NCBI GenBank assembly: GCA_965655095.1
Contig: OZ296658.1
Coordinates: 46,252,001 to 46,316,000, forward strand
Origin: Haplodiscus bocki
Lineage: Eukaryota
Length of the DNA: 64,000 bases
Direction of reading: 5' to 3'
Both the position numbers and the translations under genes were made by a program. Positions 10,410-21,694 of the stretch are shown one piece after another. Every line of letters starts with the position of its first letter. Within the stretch, counting starts at the first letter, position 1. Below the pieces are notes generated by a model. That model searched no databases, had not been told where the DNA came from, and saw nothing but the letters and a program-made list of their open reading frames with translations.

Positions 10410-11480
10410 TTTTTCACTGGAAAAAGTTGGTTAAGAAATTTTGAAAGAGCTAGCAGAGTTACGACTGAAAGTGAAACAAGTGCGGGTACGAGAAACAGAG
10501 GGTTTTCATTATGTTGCAAAAGGATCATTTGAACCAATTATAAAGACAGTTAAGGAAACAAGTGAAAAAGCTGTTGTAGAATGTAAATGCACAAGTGCAA
10601 CAAACATGATTAAAATTTTAAAAATTTTCCAGGAACAAGTGTTGTTAGTGCCTTTGCTCAGACAGAAAAATTTTCTGATGAAGCATTAAAAACAAAAAAA
10701 AGAAAATGGAGCAAAACCAAGTATTTCTGGCCATTTGTTTGGAAAAATAATTGCTTTTGATACAAGAATTGTGTTACACCCAACTGCTAGATAGCAAAAA
10801 GATGGGGAACAACATTACCTACTCATTCAGAAGCATCCTGTTAAAACTGAGTGGGATAAGATTGTTTACCAAGAAGTTTATGATAAACCATTCAAGTCTT
10901 TTGATTCGCCAAGTGATCTGTTCGAAGTGATTTCCGACAGAAACTTCAAAAACAGGAAATCTGAAGCTTTTGAAGTTTTCCCCAAGTTTCAAGTTCAAAT
11001 GAGTTTCAATACTAAAAGAGATGTTAGAGCAAATGAGAGAAAATAAACGTGTAAAAAACTATGTTATTTTAGGACAAAACACTCCATTAGGTAAAGAGTA
11101 TATTGCTAACTAAACAACTTTTCCGAATGATCCTCCAGGTAGCTCAAAGACACATTATAGAACGTAGCGGAGTCAAGGAGTTTGATAGATCATCGAGGCA
11201 ATTTTCCTTCATAAGCTATGATGATGATATTGATTTTTAAACTGAAGATGAAATAAAAAGAAATAGTACTCAATCTCTCATTGGGTTAGAAATTTTTCTC
11301 TTTTTGAGAAATAGTTGAAAGAGTTTGTAATAGAAATTGCATTTAGTAAAACCAGAAAAGTAAGGCGGAAATGATAAGAAAGTTATTTGATGAAAAAAAA
11401 GAAGGATTTCATTGATGACTTCTTAGAAATCAACTGTAATGACCAATTTCAGCACAAAAAATTTTAAGCAATCGTTTTGT
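10410..11480 (+). pseudogene. Polinton-associated coiled-coil protein of unknown function, pseudogene
   Basis: ORF 10441..10689 (ELAELRLKVKQVR..GFHYVAKGSFEPIIKTVKE), a middle section LLIQKHPV..DLFEVISDRNF, and C-terminal KLHLVKPEK*GGND...IDDFLEINC..QHKKF. Lies between ATPase and MCP. Confidence 0.5.
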
Positions 11481-11489
11481 ATCATAAAA

Positions 11490-12752
11490 GTTCCCTTTAG
11501 CTCCTTATTAAGTTGTACTTAGATATCTTCCTTAAAAAAATTATCCCCGATATACTCCTGACGCATTGAACCTTGCTAATAAAGAAAATTCTCAAACTTC
11601 TATTAGAATTTCTCATGCGGTTATATAATCTATATCTTGATTTAGCAAATTTTGTGAATCAATAGACTGGCATTCTCCATTCATATTCAGGTTGGGATCA
11701 TGAATAATCAGTATTTTTAGGATCCATTGTTGTCTTCAGTAATATTATATTGACCATTAGTAATGGAAGGAAACACAAATTTTTGATATTGATCGTTTTG
11801 CATGCTCGATGTATATATCATTAACTGGTAGCAAAGGTACTTACGGTTTGTCAATCAACTTTCACCTGACAAAGAAGTACCTGGAAGAGCATTGACCAAA
11901 AATAAAAAAAACTCAAAGAAAATATCAAGTAAGAGTTTTTTTAAAGGAGTTTTTTTTGGTATTGCTGTGCAACAAGAAAAAGCTACAGATGGGTTAGGGT
12001 ATATATTAACACTGCAACGAATTAGTGATAATATTGTATGGGTCATGAGCTAGCGGCTGGTGCTGCAGCTAACGATGCTATACCTGGAGGAATTGTGATG
12101 AAGGATATTAGTTAGTACCACAGCATACTCAAAATGCTTTATGGCAAATTTTATGGATGGAATACATTGTATGCTGCAAAATATTTGATTTTTTTGATAG
12201 ATCAATTTTTACTGAAGATATTCACACTGATTTACTTTTGGTTTTTTGAGTTGAGAGTTGAAGAAAAAGTTGACGTCCCGAGTTATAATGAAGTCGCGTT
12301 TCTGCAAATGGCTCAAATAGATCTATTAGCATAAAATATCGACTCAATCTGCAGACCATCTGTTTCATGTACTCCATTTTTTTAGTTACGTCAAAAAATC
12401 TCTACAGATGAGGTAAGTTATTGTGATTAAACGATTGATAAAAATTCTCAAGCATATCAAGAGATTGTGTCCCATTTTAGACGTTTGTCGAAGGATAATT
12501 TTCTTCAATCATATAGTACGCAAAAGGTTTTTTGACAGCTTGTGTTAAGTATCCAGACGGTAGTCCTGCATACAATTTTTAATATTTTTCATATACATGT
12601 TTCAACAACAAGATTTTCTAATCCTCAATCTAAAAAAAACTGATTTCAAACCAATTGCTCTAGCTGTACCTAAATGAATTGGGTATGCTCTAGCCTTGAC
12701 TAATAAAATTTTATCAAATAGTGAATTCGGACAACAATCAATCGTCCTAAAT
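11490..12752 (+). pseudogene. Double jelly-roll major capsid protein (hexon-like), apparently full-length pseudogene (~420 codons)
   Basis: Across frameshifts: YPRYTPDALNLANKENSQ...LGSIVVFSNIILTISNGR...FGIAVQQEKATDGLGYILTLQRISDN...WFFELRVEEKVDVPSYNEVAFLQ...NSQAYQEIVSHFRRLSKDNFLQSY...GYALALTNK. The FGFxExxxKxxYGxxxxLxLxR block is characteristic of Polinton/adintovirus capsids. Confidence 0.8.
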
Positions 12753-12759
12753 CAAAACT

Positions 12760-13567
12760 TCTTTTTTTGTTCGCATTTTTACACTTTTTCAATGATATTT
12801 CCGATATATGTAGCAAAGCTTCAATAAATTTCTCGGATAATTGGTTTATTTGATAAATTAGTTTTGCAACATTAAAAATTTCTGTAAATGTATGTAACTC
12901 ATCGCACTACTTTAAAATATCACCGTTAGAAAAAAATTCTACAGTTTCAGTTGAAACACTGATTTTAAACTTTGGTTTTTTTTCTATCTAATCTCTATTA
13001 GGTTTTTGTAAACAACCTCTCCATTGTTTTTCAATTGTGTTTGGATTGGTGCTTACCTTTTGAAGAATGCCTTGAGTTGTTTTGTTTTGTTTTTCATTCA
13101 CTGAAGTTTTTTCATTTATCCCATTAGCATTTCGTTTTTCGTAAATAAGTTTTCTAAAGCAGATTTCTAATGATGATTCTGTAAAAACTTTTTGAACTGA
13201 CCTTTTTGATGTGAAGTGACTGTAACTGCTAATCATTTCATCTCCAGAAAGTCCTTGAAGCTTTTGTTGACGAACTATTTTCCATCAGAAGTCTCAATTA
13301 ATTTTAGTTTTCTTTCTGATGATATAGTATTATTTTCCATTGCATCTGTTTTGGTTTGTGCATATTGAGTTTTAGAAGCAACTGTCCATCCAAATTGATA
13401 AAACTCTCTAATACTATTAAAAAAAGTAGGAAAAAACTTTTACAATTGAGTCAAAAAAGATCCTGCTCCATTTATCATCTGTGTCAGATGCATCCGCTTC
13501 GTTGGTAGTTTGAATCTTTTAGGGGATTAGCATGACTGTCCTTTACAAAAATACTATTTTTTTTCAT
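12760..13567 (-). pseudogene. Retroviral-type (RVE, DDE) integrase of Polinton, pseudogene
   Basis: Minus strand from ATG at 13567: IFVKD...SIREFYQFGWTVASKTQYAQTKTDAMEN.TISSERK...LIETSDGK*FVNKSFKDFL...YSHFTSKRSV..FTE...NANGINE...VVYKNL...FFSNGD. These match the IDxFSKFGWxVPLK / IETDxGxEF / AERFNRT regions, all decayed. Confidence 0.82.
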
Positions 13568-13596
13568 CTAGCAACCTGAATACGTATTTCCTTCCC

Positions 13597-14800
13597 TTAA
13601 TTCAACGAATCGCTTTCAAATGCATAACCATATTTTTGTTTATCTTCAAGTTACACAATTTGTTTTCCTAGATTCCTGTATTCTTGTTACATGCATGTCA
13701 TTCCTAAAAAAAATTGTTATAAGATTTTTCTTCTTCTGTAAGTTTCCAAAAAGGCAATCACTACACTTATCAACTCCTACATTTTTAAGTGTTCCTTCGG
13801 TTACTCTTTTTGGTTCCTTTTCCACTTTGATCTTAGTTCTGTAAGCATATCCTTTTCGTTTTAATGCACAGATTTCATCTCTTGTTAATGTTTCAAGACT
13901 TTTCATTCTCCCTAACTTCAGACAAAACTCAGGACATATCCTAAGTTTTGAAGAAAAGTCAAAAGTGATGTGTTTTTTGCATTTTTCCAATTGCCAACAT
14001 TTGATCTCATTTTAGTATGCGGCTACAAGTAAAAGAATCGGTATCCTTATTTTGGAAAATTAGATTGTTTTTCGCCATGAAATAGATGTATTATACTAAA
14101 GTAACTTTCTTACACTTGTTTCTTCTGAAATTTCTAAAATTGTAAAATTTACGAAAATTTCCAATGGTATCAATTTTCTTTCCTTCCAAAGAAGCTATTT
14201 CCAAATTGCTGTTTTACACACCTTTCATATTCAATTCCAGGTACTGGTTTTTTTCTGACATCCTCCGTTTGATTTCTATATAAATGGAATTCATCTTTCC
14301 GGTATGGGTTTTCCAAAATTCAAATCTGCTTCATCTGGTGACTTAGTTTTTTTCATCTACACACTTTTCCATCCATTGTTTTTGGTAAAATCCTACAACT
14401 TTTTTTAACTTAGTAATTTTAATACCATGTCTAACACTTTATTTTCTTTTCTTGAAGGACAAAAGTTGTCTTTTTTATCCGACCAATCACGAGTATGTTT
14501 CCCTGCTAGTTTTATATTATGTAGTATAATTTTTTCCATGTAGTTTGTGAATGATGATAGATCTTCTGTTTTAGACTCTGGACAAAAAAGAATGTATTTT
14601 GTTTTGTGTTGGACTTTTCTGGGTATTTTCGATCTTTTTCTAAAAACTAACCAACTTCAGCATCTTTTGTTGTTGCAAATAATTTTTTCAATGGTATGTT
14701 TTCAATAAATTCAATCTTTGTTTATGGTAAAGCATCTGGATTGGAGCCTCCAGAAAAATTCTTTGGATCATCAATTTTTTATCATCACCCTTACCATAAT
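13597..14800 (-). pseudogene. Protein-primed family B DNA polymerase (pPolB), C-terminal half, pseudogene
   Basis: Minus strand: ALP*TKIEF...DAEVG*FLEKDRKYP...DWSDKK...VRHGIKITKLKKVVGFYQKQWMEK...NFTILEIS...KDTDSF (14031-14045)...FDFSS...LGRMK..DEICALKRKGYAY (ORF 13646..13990)...EDKQKY. Stop at 13597-13599. Confidence 0.88.
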
Positions 14801-15399
14801 TTCTGTTGCGATGTACTTTTAGTGCAATTGAGTGAGGTGGCATGCAGTTCCTTCTACTAGATTGAGGCTTGATGCAGCTAACTTTCGATAACAAAGTCTG
14901 TCATGGTTGATTGGAGTGCACTGGAGCGCGTTGTGTACGGCTTCTTGCCCATAAATTCCGAGAGGTACTATCTATCTGCTTTCGAGTGAGTTTTAATGCG
15001 ACTCTTTTCAACTAAAAGCATAAACACTGTAGTCGTTGAATGGACATGAAAAGAGATGTGGTATGGATCAATTTCGAATGATTAGAGATTGGTGGATATG
15101 ATGTTTAGCTTGACCTTCCCTGAGGTGTATGTCGAATCCTCAACTAGTTTCATAAATGTCACATATTCATTCGTATAACTGTCGGGAAGGATGTTATTTT
15201 ACAAGATGAAGTTCATGTGAGTCAAACATAATGCTTCATAACATATTATATATCACGAGCTAATAGTTAGAAATAAGGGATTCAGAAGAGGACATACGAT
15301 TAGAGTGAGTTATGTTTAGTTAAAGTTAAGAATTTTTTTCATAAGAACACGATAATAACCATTTCATTGAAACTGATTCATGGAATTGTTTTTTTTTGA

Positions 15400-16300
15400 A
15401 CGTTGACCGCTAAACGTTCTTGATCACAAGGTAAGCGGCCTAAGTTCATTAAATTGCATTTTGCATTAATTAAACTGAAAACCCACTACTACTTCAAGGT
15501 TCCGTGAGACACTTTAGACAATTCTGGTTGCTTCCAAAAGTTTTTATTGTTCAAATTTCTTGTCTTTCATGTTTTGAAAGTGGATGACAGGCCTAAAATA
15601 TCACATCCGATTTTTTTCCGTCGAGCAAAAGTTTAAAAAGGACTTTATTACTTTCAGTAGTTGATTTTTTCTCCTTTTCCTCATTTTGCACAGGATGCGC
15701 GGAATCGTCAGTAGCTTGCACGATACAAAAGGATACAATTGTTGCATGGTGCCGCGCTCAAGTAGCTCACAGGGAGTGAATTAAAATGTCGCTGTCGCCC
15801 AAGTTTCTACCTTATTCTAGACATTTGCGGACACATTCTCTTCCATAAACCGTAGAGAGCTTATGCTGAGCGGTCTCGTTTTTCTCGATCTGTCTGACGT
15901 AATAGAAACACACCGTTGTTTCTCAGAAAGTTTGAAAGTAGTGGGGAACATTTTGCGACCTTCATAAAGGATCGGAAAAATAGGGGTGGAAGTTTATGAA
16001 ATTCTCCGAAATATTATTTGTAATTGTGAGTTTTTCCCAGATTTTTCTACTGAGTTTGTTTTCACTGCTCAGTTTCTCCGCGGTCAAAAACCAAAAACTT
16101 ACTCCAGTAATTTTCCTTTTGAGGCAGTTGATTTTTTGCGATCCCCACAACCAGGGAATGCCGAAAAAACGCAATCAGTATTCAATTTCCTTGAAATTGC
16201 AAGTCATCTTCTCCAAATTTTCAAGGCTCAAACATTTCATCTGGGAGTCAGTCGTAACCCATGTTATTGTACAGTAGTTTTCACTCACAATCATTGGTTC
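15400..16300 (-). pseudogene. Possible decayed OAS-like (Pol-beta superfamily) nucleotidyltransferase
   Basis: 16222->16165 reads ENLEKMT/(+1 nt)/AISRKLNTDCVF, four G>A changes from GSLGKxTAISxKxDxDCVF. Downstream SISSLRFMEE..SLPVSYL..LLKVIKSFL only loosely resembles an OAS C-domain. Weak. Confidence 0.25.
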
Positions 16301-17513
16301 CCTTCTTTTTGTTAGAGTACTGAAAGTCGATAAGCTGGGAAAAGGTGCTTTTACTTTTGGAAGAACTAGACTTTCAAATTCTTAACATTCCGTATCTGCT
16401 AGCTTGATCTAAATCGAAAGTTTTCAAACTGTGGCGCACGATTCCGTTGGGGAACCGTCGTCTTTTTTTCTTGCACTGAAATTCCGATAGTTTTAAAATT
16501 AAAAACGGCTATTAACGTTGATTAATCTCGAAATTCAAACTCATAAATCTCCGTAACTACTGCTTCATTTCATCGAGGTTTCAAACGAAAAGTATTCATT
16601 TGTTGAGTAGGGTTTGCTTTTATGTTGGAAAACGGAAGTTGTTTCTCCAGATACAGTTGAAACTTAAGCAGTTTCGTTGGAATCTTCTGGTACTCATCAT
16701 TTTACTGCAAAACTTGTAGTCTTTTCCGTCTGACCTTCCTTCGGTAAATTTGCGCCCTTTCCTTTGTCCAAAATTTTAGTTGAAACAGTTGCCTGATTTT
16801 TGCCTCTTCGAGATGCTCAACTGCAAAACTGACTTAAAAATGTTAACGCTGAGGCTCTAAAACCTCTTCAATCCAAGCTGAAGGGATTATTTTATGTCCA
16901 ACTTTATTGCACTAGACTCACTCAAAGGACGAATTTTTCCCAATCTCAAACGGCCTCCAAGTTTTCTCTCCTACTTCTCCTATGAAGTACAAAAAAAGAC
17001 AATTCAGCTGAGCAGCGAAGTCATCTGTCAGGGTTGAAAAGGTAGATTCATGTGCTTGAAGTTATTTTTAGGCACCCGAGGGGCCTTTCCAGTCTTTGCA
17101 GTCCAATCGTATGGACTTACCGCAGGTATTGCAGGAAACACAAGCCATGTTAAGAAAAGCGAAAGATAGAGACGCGATGAAACGAGTTTTAATCTAAATC
17201 GGCCAGAAGATCACGGTAACTCACAAATTGTTCCCATACACAATGTTTCAGAATTTCCTCGATATTATTGTCTATCATGTGCACGACAGAAAAATTTGTC
17301 AGGTTGCTTCCAGAAATTATTCACTTTCTGAAAGAAAAAAGTTATCGGAGAGAAGCATGTATTATCATCAATTCATCGCCAACTTTTCAGAATTTGCCGA
17401 TTGAAATGTTTTTTTTCTGCAGTGTAAAAGTTTTGTATCGTTCTTATATTATATTGTCAGCGTCAGGGGCATACCTGGATGAAACATACATCTACTGAGC
17501 AGCTCAGTTTGCT

Positions 17514-20085
17514 GCAAAAATTTCACGCTTGAATTACTTAGGTCAAAAAGTGGACGAATCCAGACTGACTGTAACAGCTGATTCCACCTTTCGCCCACGT
17601 CTTCCCTTTATGTATCATAAGACAAAAGGAATTGGATTTGTAGTATCATTGGATCAGCAAAATTTTACGCTTGAATTTTTCAGGGAAAAAAGTAAACGAA
17701 TCCGAACTGAGTGCAACAACCGATTGCACCCTTCGCCCATGTCGTCGCTTCATGTATCAAAATTCCAAAAGAATCGGATTCAGTGTTTTATTGAATAAGC
17801 AATTTTTTAATCTTGAGTTACTTAGGTAAAAGGTAAACGAATCGAGACTGACTGTAACAACCGATTTGACCTTCTCACATGTCTTCACTTTTTGTATGAA
17901 AATTCCAAAGGAATCGGATTTAGCGTCTCGATGGATAACCGTCTTTTACCCTTCAACTATTCAGAGCAAAAAAGAAATGAATCCAGACTGACTGTATTAA
18001 TCGATTGCACCCTCCGCCCAAGTCTTACTTTTAGGTATCAAAATTCAAAAGGAAACGAAATTAGTGTTTCATTGAGAAGGCGATATTTCACTCTTGAACT
18101 ACTTAGGGCAAAAACTAAACGATTCCGGACTGACTGTAACAACCGATTGCACCGTCCACGCATGTCTTCTTTTTTAAATCAAAGTTCAAGTTCAATGGAT
18201 TTAGTGTTTCATTGAATAAGCAATATTATACAATTGAATTACTTAAAGCAGATGTAAACGAATCCAGACTGACTGTAACAGCTGATTCCACCTTTCGCCG
18301 ACGTCTTCCCTTTATGTATCATAAGACAAAAGGAATTGGATTTGTAGTATCATTGGATCAGCAAAATTTTACGCTTGAATTTTTCAGGGAAAAAAGTAAA
18401 CGAATCCGAACTGAGTGTAACAACCGATTGCACCCTTTGCTCATGTCTTCTCTTAAATATCAGAATTCAATTGATTTGGACTTAGTGTTTCATTGAATAA
18501 GCAATAATTTACTCTTGAATTACTTACAGCAAAAGCAAACGAATCCAGACTGACTGTAACAACCGATTGCAACGTGTGCTCATGTTTTCTCTTCATGTAT
18601 CAAAATTCGAATTATTTGGAATTAGTGTTTCATTGAATAAGCAATATTTTACTCTTGAACTAATAGAGCAAAAGTAAACGAATCCAGACTGACTCTAGCA
18701 ACCGACTGCACCCATCGCCCATGTCTTCTGTTTCTGTATCAAAATTCAAAACAAATCGCTTTGGGTAATTCCTCGAAAAAGCAATATTTTATTCTTCAAA
18801 TACTTGAGGCAAAAAATAAACGAATCCAGACTGACTGTAACAACCTTTTGCACCCTTCGCCAATGTGTTCTCTCTTTGCATCAAAATTCAAAGGGAATCG
18901 GATTTAGTATTTCCTTGAATAGGCAATATTTTACTCCTGAATTACTTGGGGCAAAAAGTAAACAAATCCACACTGACTGTAACAGCTGATTCCACCTTTC
19001 GCCCACGTCTTCCCTTTATGTATCATAAGACAAAAGGAATTGGATTTGGAGTATCATTGGATCAGCAAAATTTTACGCTTGAATTTTTCAGGGAAAAAGG
19101 TAAACGAATCCAGACTGAGTGTAACATCCGATTGCACCCTTCTTCATGTATCAAAATTCCAAAAGAATCGGATTCAGTGTTTTATTGAATAAGCAATTTT
19201 TTACTCTTGAGTTACTTAGGTAAAAGTAAACGAATCGAGACTGACTGTAACAACCGATTTCACCTTCGCACATGTCTTCTCTTTTTGTATGAAAATTCTA
19301 TAGGAATCGGATTCAGTGCCTCGATGGATAACCACTCTTTTACCCTTCAACTATTCAGAGCAAAGAAGAATTGAATCCAGACTGACTGTAATATCCGATT
19401 GCACCCTCCGCCCAAGTCTTACTTTAATGTATCGAAAATTAAAAGCAATCGGATTTAAAGTTTCATTAGATAAGCAAAATTTTACTCCGGAAATAATTAG
19501 AGCAAAGTAAACGAGTACAGACTGACTGTAACAACCGATTGCACCCTTCGTCCATATCTTCCTCTCGTGTATCAAAAATCAAAAGGAATCGGATTTAGTA
19601 TTTCATTGAATAGGCAAAATTTCACTAATGAATTACTTAGAGCAGAAGTGAACGAATCCAGACTGAGTGTAACAGCCGATTGCACCTTTCGCCCACGTCA
19701 TCCCTTTATGTATCATACGACAAAAGGAATTGGTTTTAGAGTATCATTGGATTAGCAAAATTTTACGCTTGAAATTTTCAGGGAAAAAAGTAAACGAATC
19801 CGAACTGAGTGTACCAACCGATTGCACCCTTCGCTCATGTCTTCTCTTTAAGTATCAGATATCAAATGATTTTGACTTAGTGTTTCATTGAATAAGCAAT
19901 CTTTTACTCTCGAAGTACTTACAGCAAAAGCAAACGAATGCAGACTGACTGTAACAACCGATTGCAACGTGTGCTCATGTTTTCTCTTCATGTATTAAAA
20001 TGCGAATTATTTGGAATTAGTGCTTCATTGAATAAGCAATATTTTACTCTTGAACTACTAGAGCAAAAGTAAACGAATCCAAATG
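17514..20085 (+). repeat. Satellite HOR domain: ~10-mer (~1400 bp) built from two related 5-mers
   Basis: TGTATCATA(A/C)GACAAAAGG at 17611, 18315, 19019 and 19709 (spacings 704, 704, 690). Alternate 5-mers are most alike (1408 and 1394 bp apart). Confidence 0.75.
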
Positions 20086-21694
20086 AACGATTCCAGAGTG
20101 ACTGTAAAAACCGATTGCACTCTTCACCATGTCGTTTCTTTATGCATCAAAATTCAAAAGGATTCCGATTTAGTACTTCCTTGAAAAAGCAATAAAGTAC
20201 TCTTGAATTACTTAGGGCAAAAATTGACGAATCCCGGCTGACTGTTACAACCGATTGCACCCTTCGCCCATGTCTTCTCCATATGTATCAAACTTCAAAA
20301 TGAATCGGATTTAGTGTTTCCTTGAATAAGCAAACTTTTACTCTTGAATTACTTAGGGCAAAAAAGAAACGAATCCAGACTGACTACATCAGCCGATTGC
20401 ACCCTTCGCCCATTTTTCCTCTTTATGTATCAAAAGTCAAAAGGAACCAGATTTAGTGTTTCATTGAATAAGCAATATTTCTCTCTTGAATTACTTGGGG
20501 CAAAAAGTAAACGAATGCAGACTGACTCTAACAACCGATTGCACCCTTCATCCATGTCCTCTCTTTTTGCATCAAGATTCAAAAGGAATCGGATTTAGTA
20601 ATACCTTGAATGGGCAATGTTTTACTCCTGAATTACTTGGGGCAAAAGGTGGACAAATCCAGACTGACTGTAACAGCTGATTCCACCTTTCGCCCACGTC
20701 TTCCCTTTATGTATCATAAGACAAAAGGAATTGGATTTGGAGTATCATTGGATCAGCAAAATTTTACGCTTGGATTTTTCAGGGGAAAAAGTAAACGAAT
20801 CCAGACTGAGTGTAACAACCGGTTGCAACCTTCGCCCATGTCGTCGCTTCATGTATCAAAATTCCAAAAGAATCGGATTCAGTGTTTTATTGAATAAGCA
20901 TTATTTTACTATTGAATTACTCAGAGCAGAAGTGAACGAATCCAGACTGACTGTAACAGCCGACTGCACCCTTCGCCCATGTCTTCCCTTGATGTATCAA
21001 AAATCAAAGGGAATCGGATTTAGTGTTTCCTTGATTAAGCAATATTTTAATATTGAAATACTTAGAGCAGAAGTAAACGAATCCAGACTGACTGTAACAG
21101 CCGCTTGCACCCTTCGACCATGTCTTCCCTTTATGTATCAAAATTCAAAAAGGTTTGGATTTATAGTATCATTGGATCAGCAATTATTTACGCCTGAATA
21201 ACTAAAAGCAAAAGTAAACGAATCCAGACTGACTGTAACAACCGATTGCACCCTTCGCCCATGTGTTCCTTTTACGTAACAAAATTCAAAAGGAATTGGA
21301 TTTAGAGTATCATTGGATCAGCAATATTTCAGGCTTGAGTTACTTAGAGCAAGAGTAAACGAACCCCGACAGACTGTTACAAGCGATTGCAACCTTCGCC
21401 CATGTCTTCTTTCAAAGTATCAAAATTCAAAAGATTTGGATTTAGTGTTTCATTGAAAAGGCGATAATTTACTCTTGAATTAGTTAGACCAAACGTAAAA
21501 AACCTCGACTGACTGTAACCGTCGACTGCACCCTTCGACCATATCTTCCCTTTATGTATCAAAATTTGAGAAGATTTGGAATTTTAGTATCCTTGGATCA
21601 GCAATTAGTTATGCCTGAATAACTAAAAGCAAAAGTAAACGAATCCAGACTGACTGTAGCAACTGATTGCAACCTTCGCCCATGTTTTTTCCAT

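Larger units (their letters stand above)
1..14800. mobile_element. Degenerate endogenous Polinton/Maverick (adintovirus-like) element, 5'-open and truncated within pPolB
   Basis: Co-located remnants of the hallmark Polinton genes: pPolB (DTDSF at 14031-14045, -), RVE integrase (-), DJR major capsid (+), A32-like ATPase (GxxxxGKT at 4655-4678; IIVFDD at ~10013-10030), adenain-like protease (NCGHLC) and penton-like genes. The + strand switches from A-rich to T-rich at ~12755, where the inferred coding strand flips. Confidence 0.88.

Noticed and set aside
1-14800. Bacterial prophage, or an alternative genetic code explaining the stops
   Set aside because: All three stop codons plus many frameshifts interrupt the genes, which indicates decay rather than recoding. 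The gene set and satellite context are eukaryotic Polinton-type.
15485-15493. ACTACTACT as the Polinton right terminus (reverse complement of AGTAGTAGT)
   Set aside because: A 9-mer is plausible by chance in AT-rich DNA. No partner TIR or TSD is visible, and the adjacent pPolB is truncated.
15986-17498. ORFs 15986..16315, 15996..16277 and 17268..17498 (+) as CDS
   Set aside because: Short, overlapping or non-ATG starts, with no recognisable motifs. The faint coding signal here is on the opposite strand.
1-17513. Origin of the 142-bp satellite from the neighbouring Polinton or 2.55-kb unit
   Set aside because: I could not find the monomer core motifs (GACTGACTGTAAC, TGCACCCTTCGCCC) in 1-17513 by eye; a sensitive alignment would be needed to exclude it fully.
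20281-20420. CENP-B box in the monomer (CTTCGCCCATGTCTTCT)
   Set aside because: It shares only the TTCG start and lacks the A and CGGG positions of NTTCGNNNNANNCGGGN.
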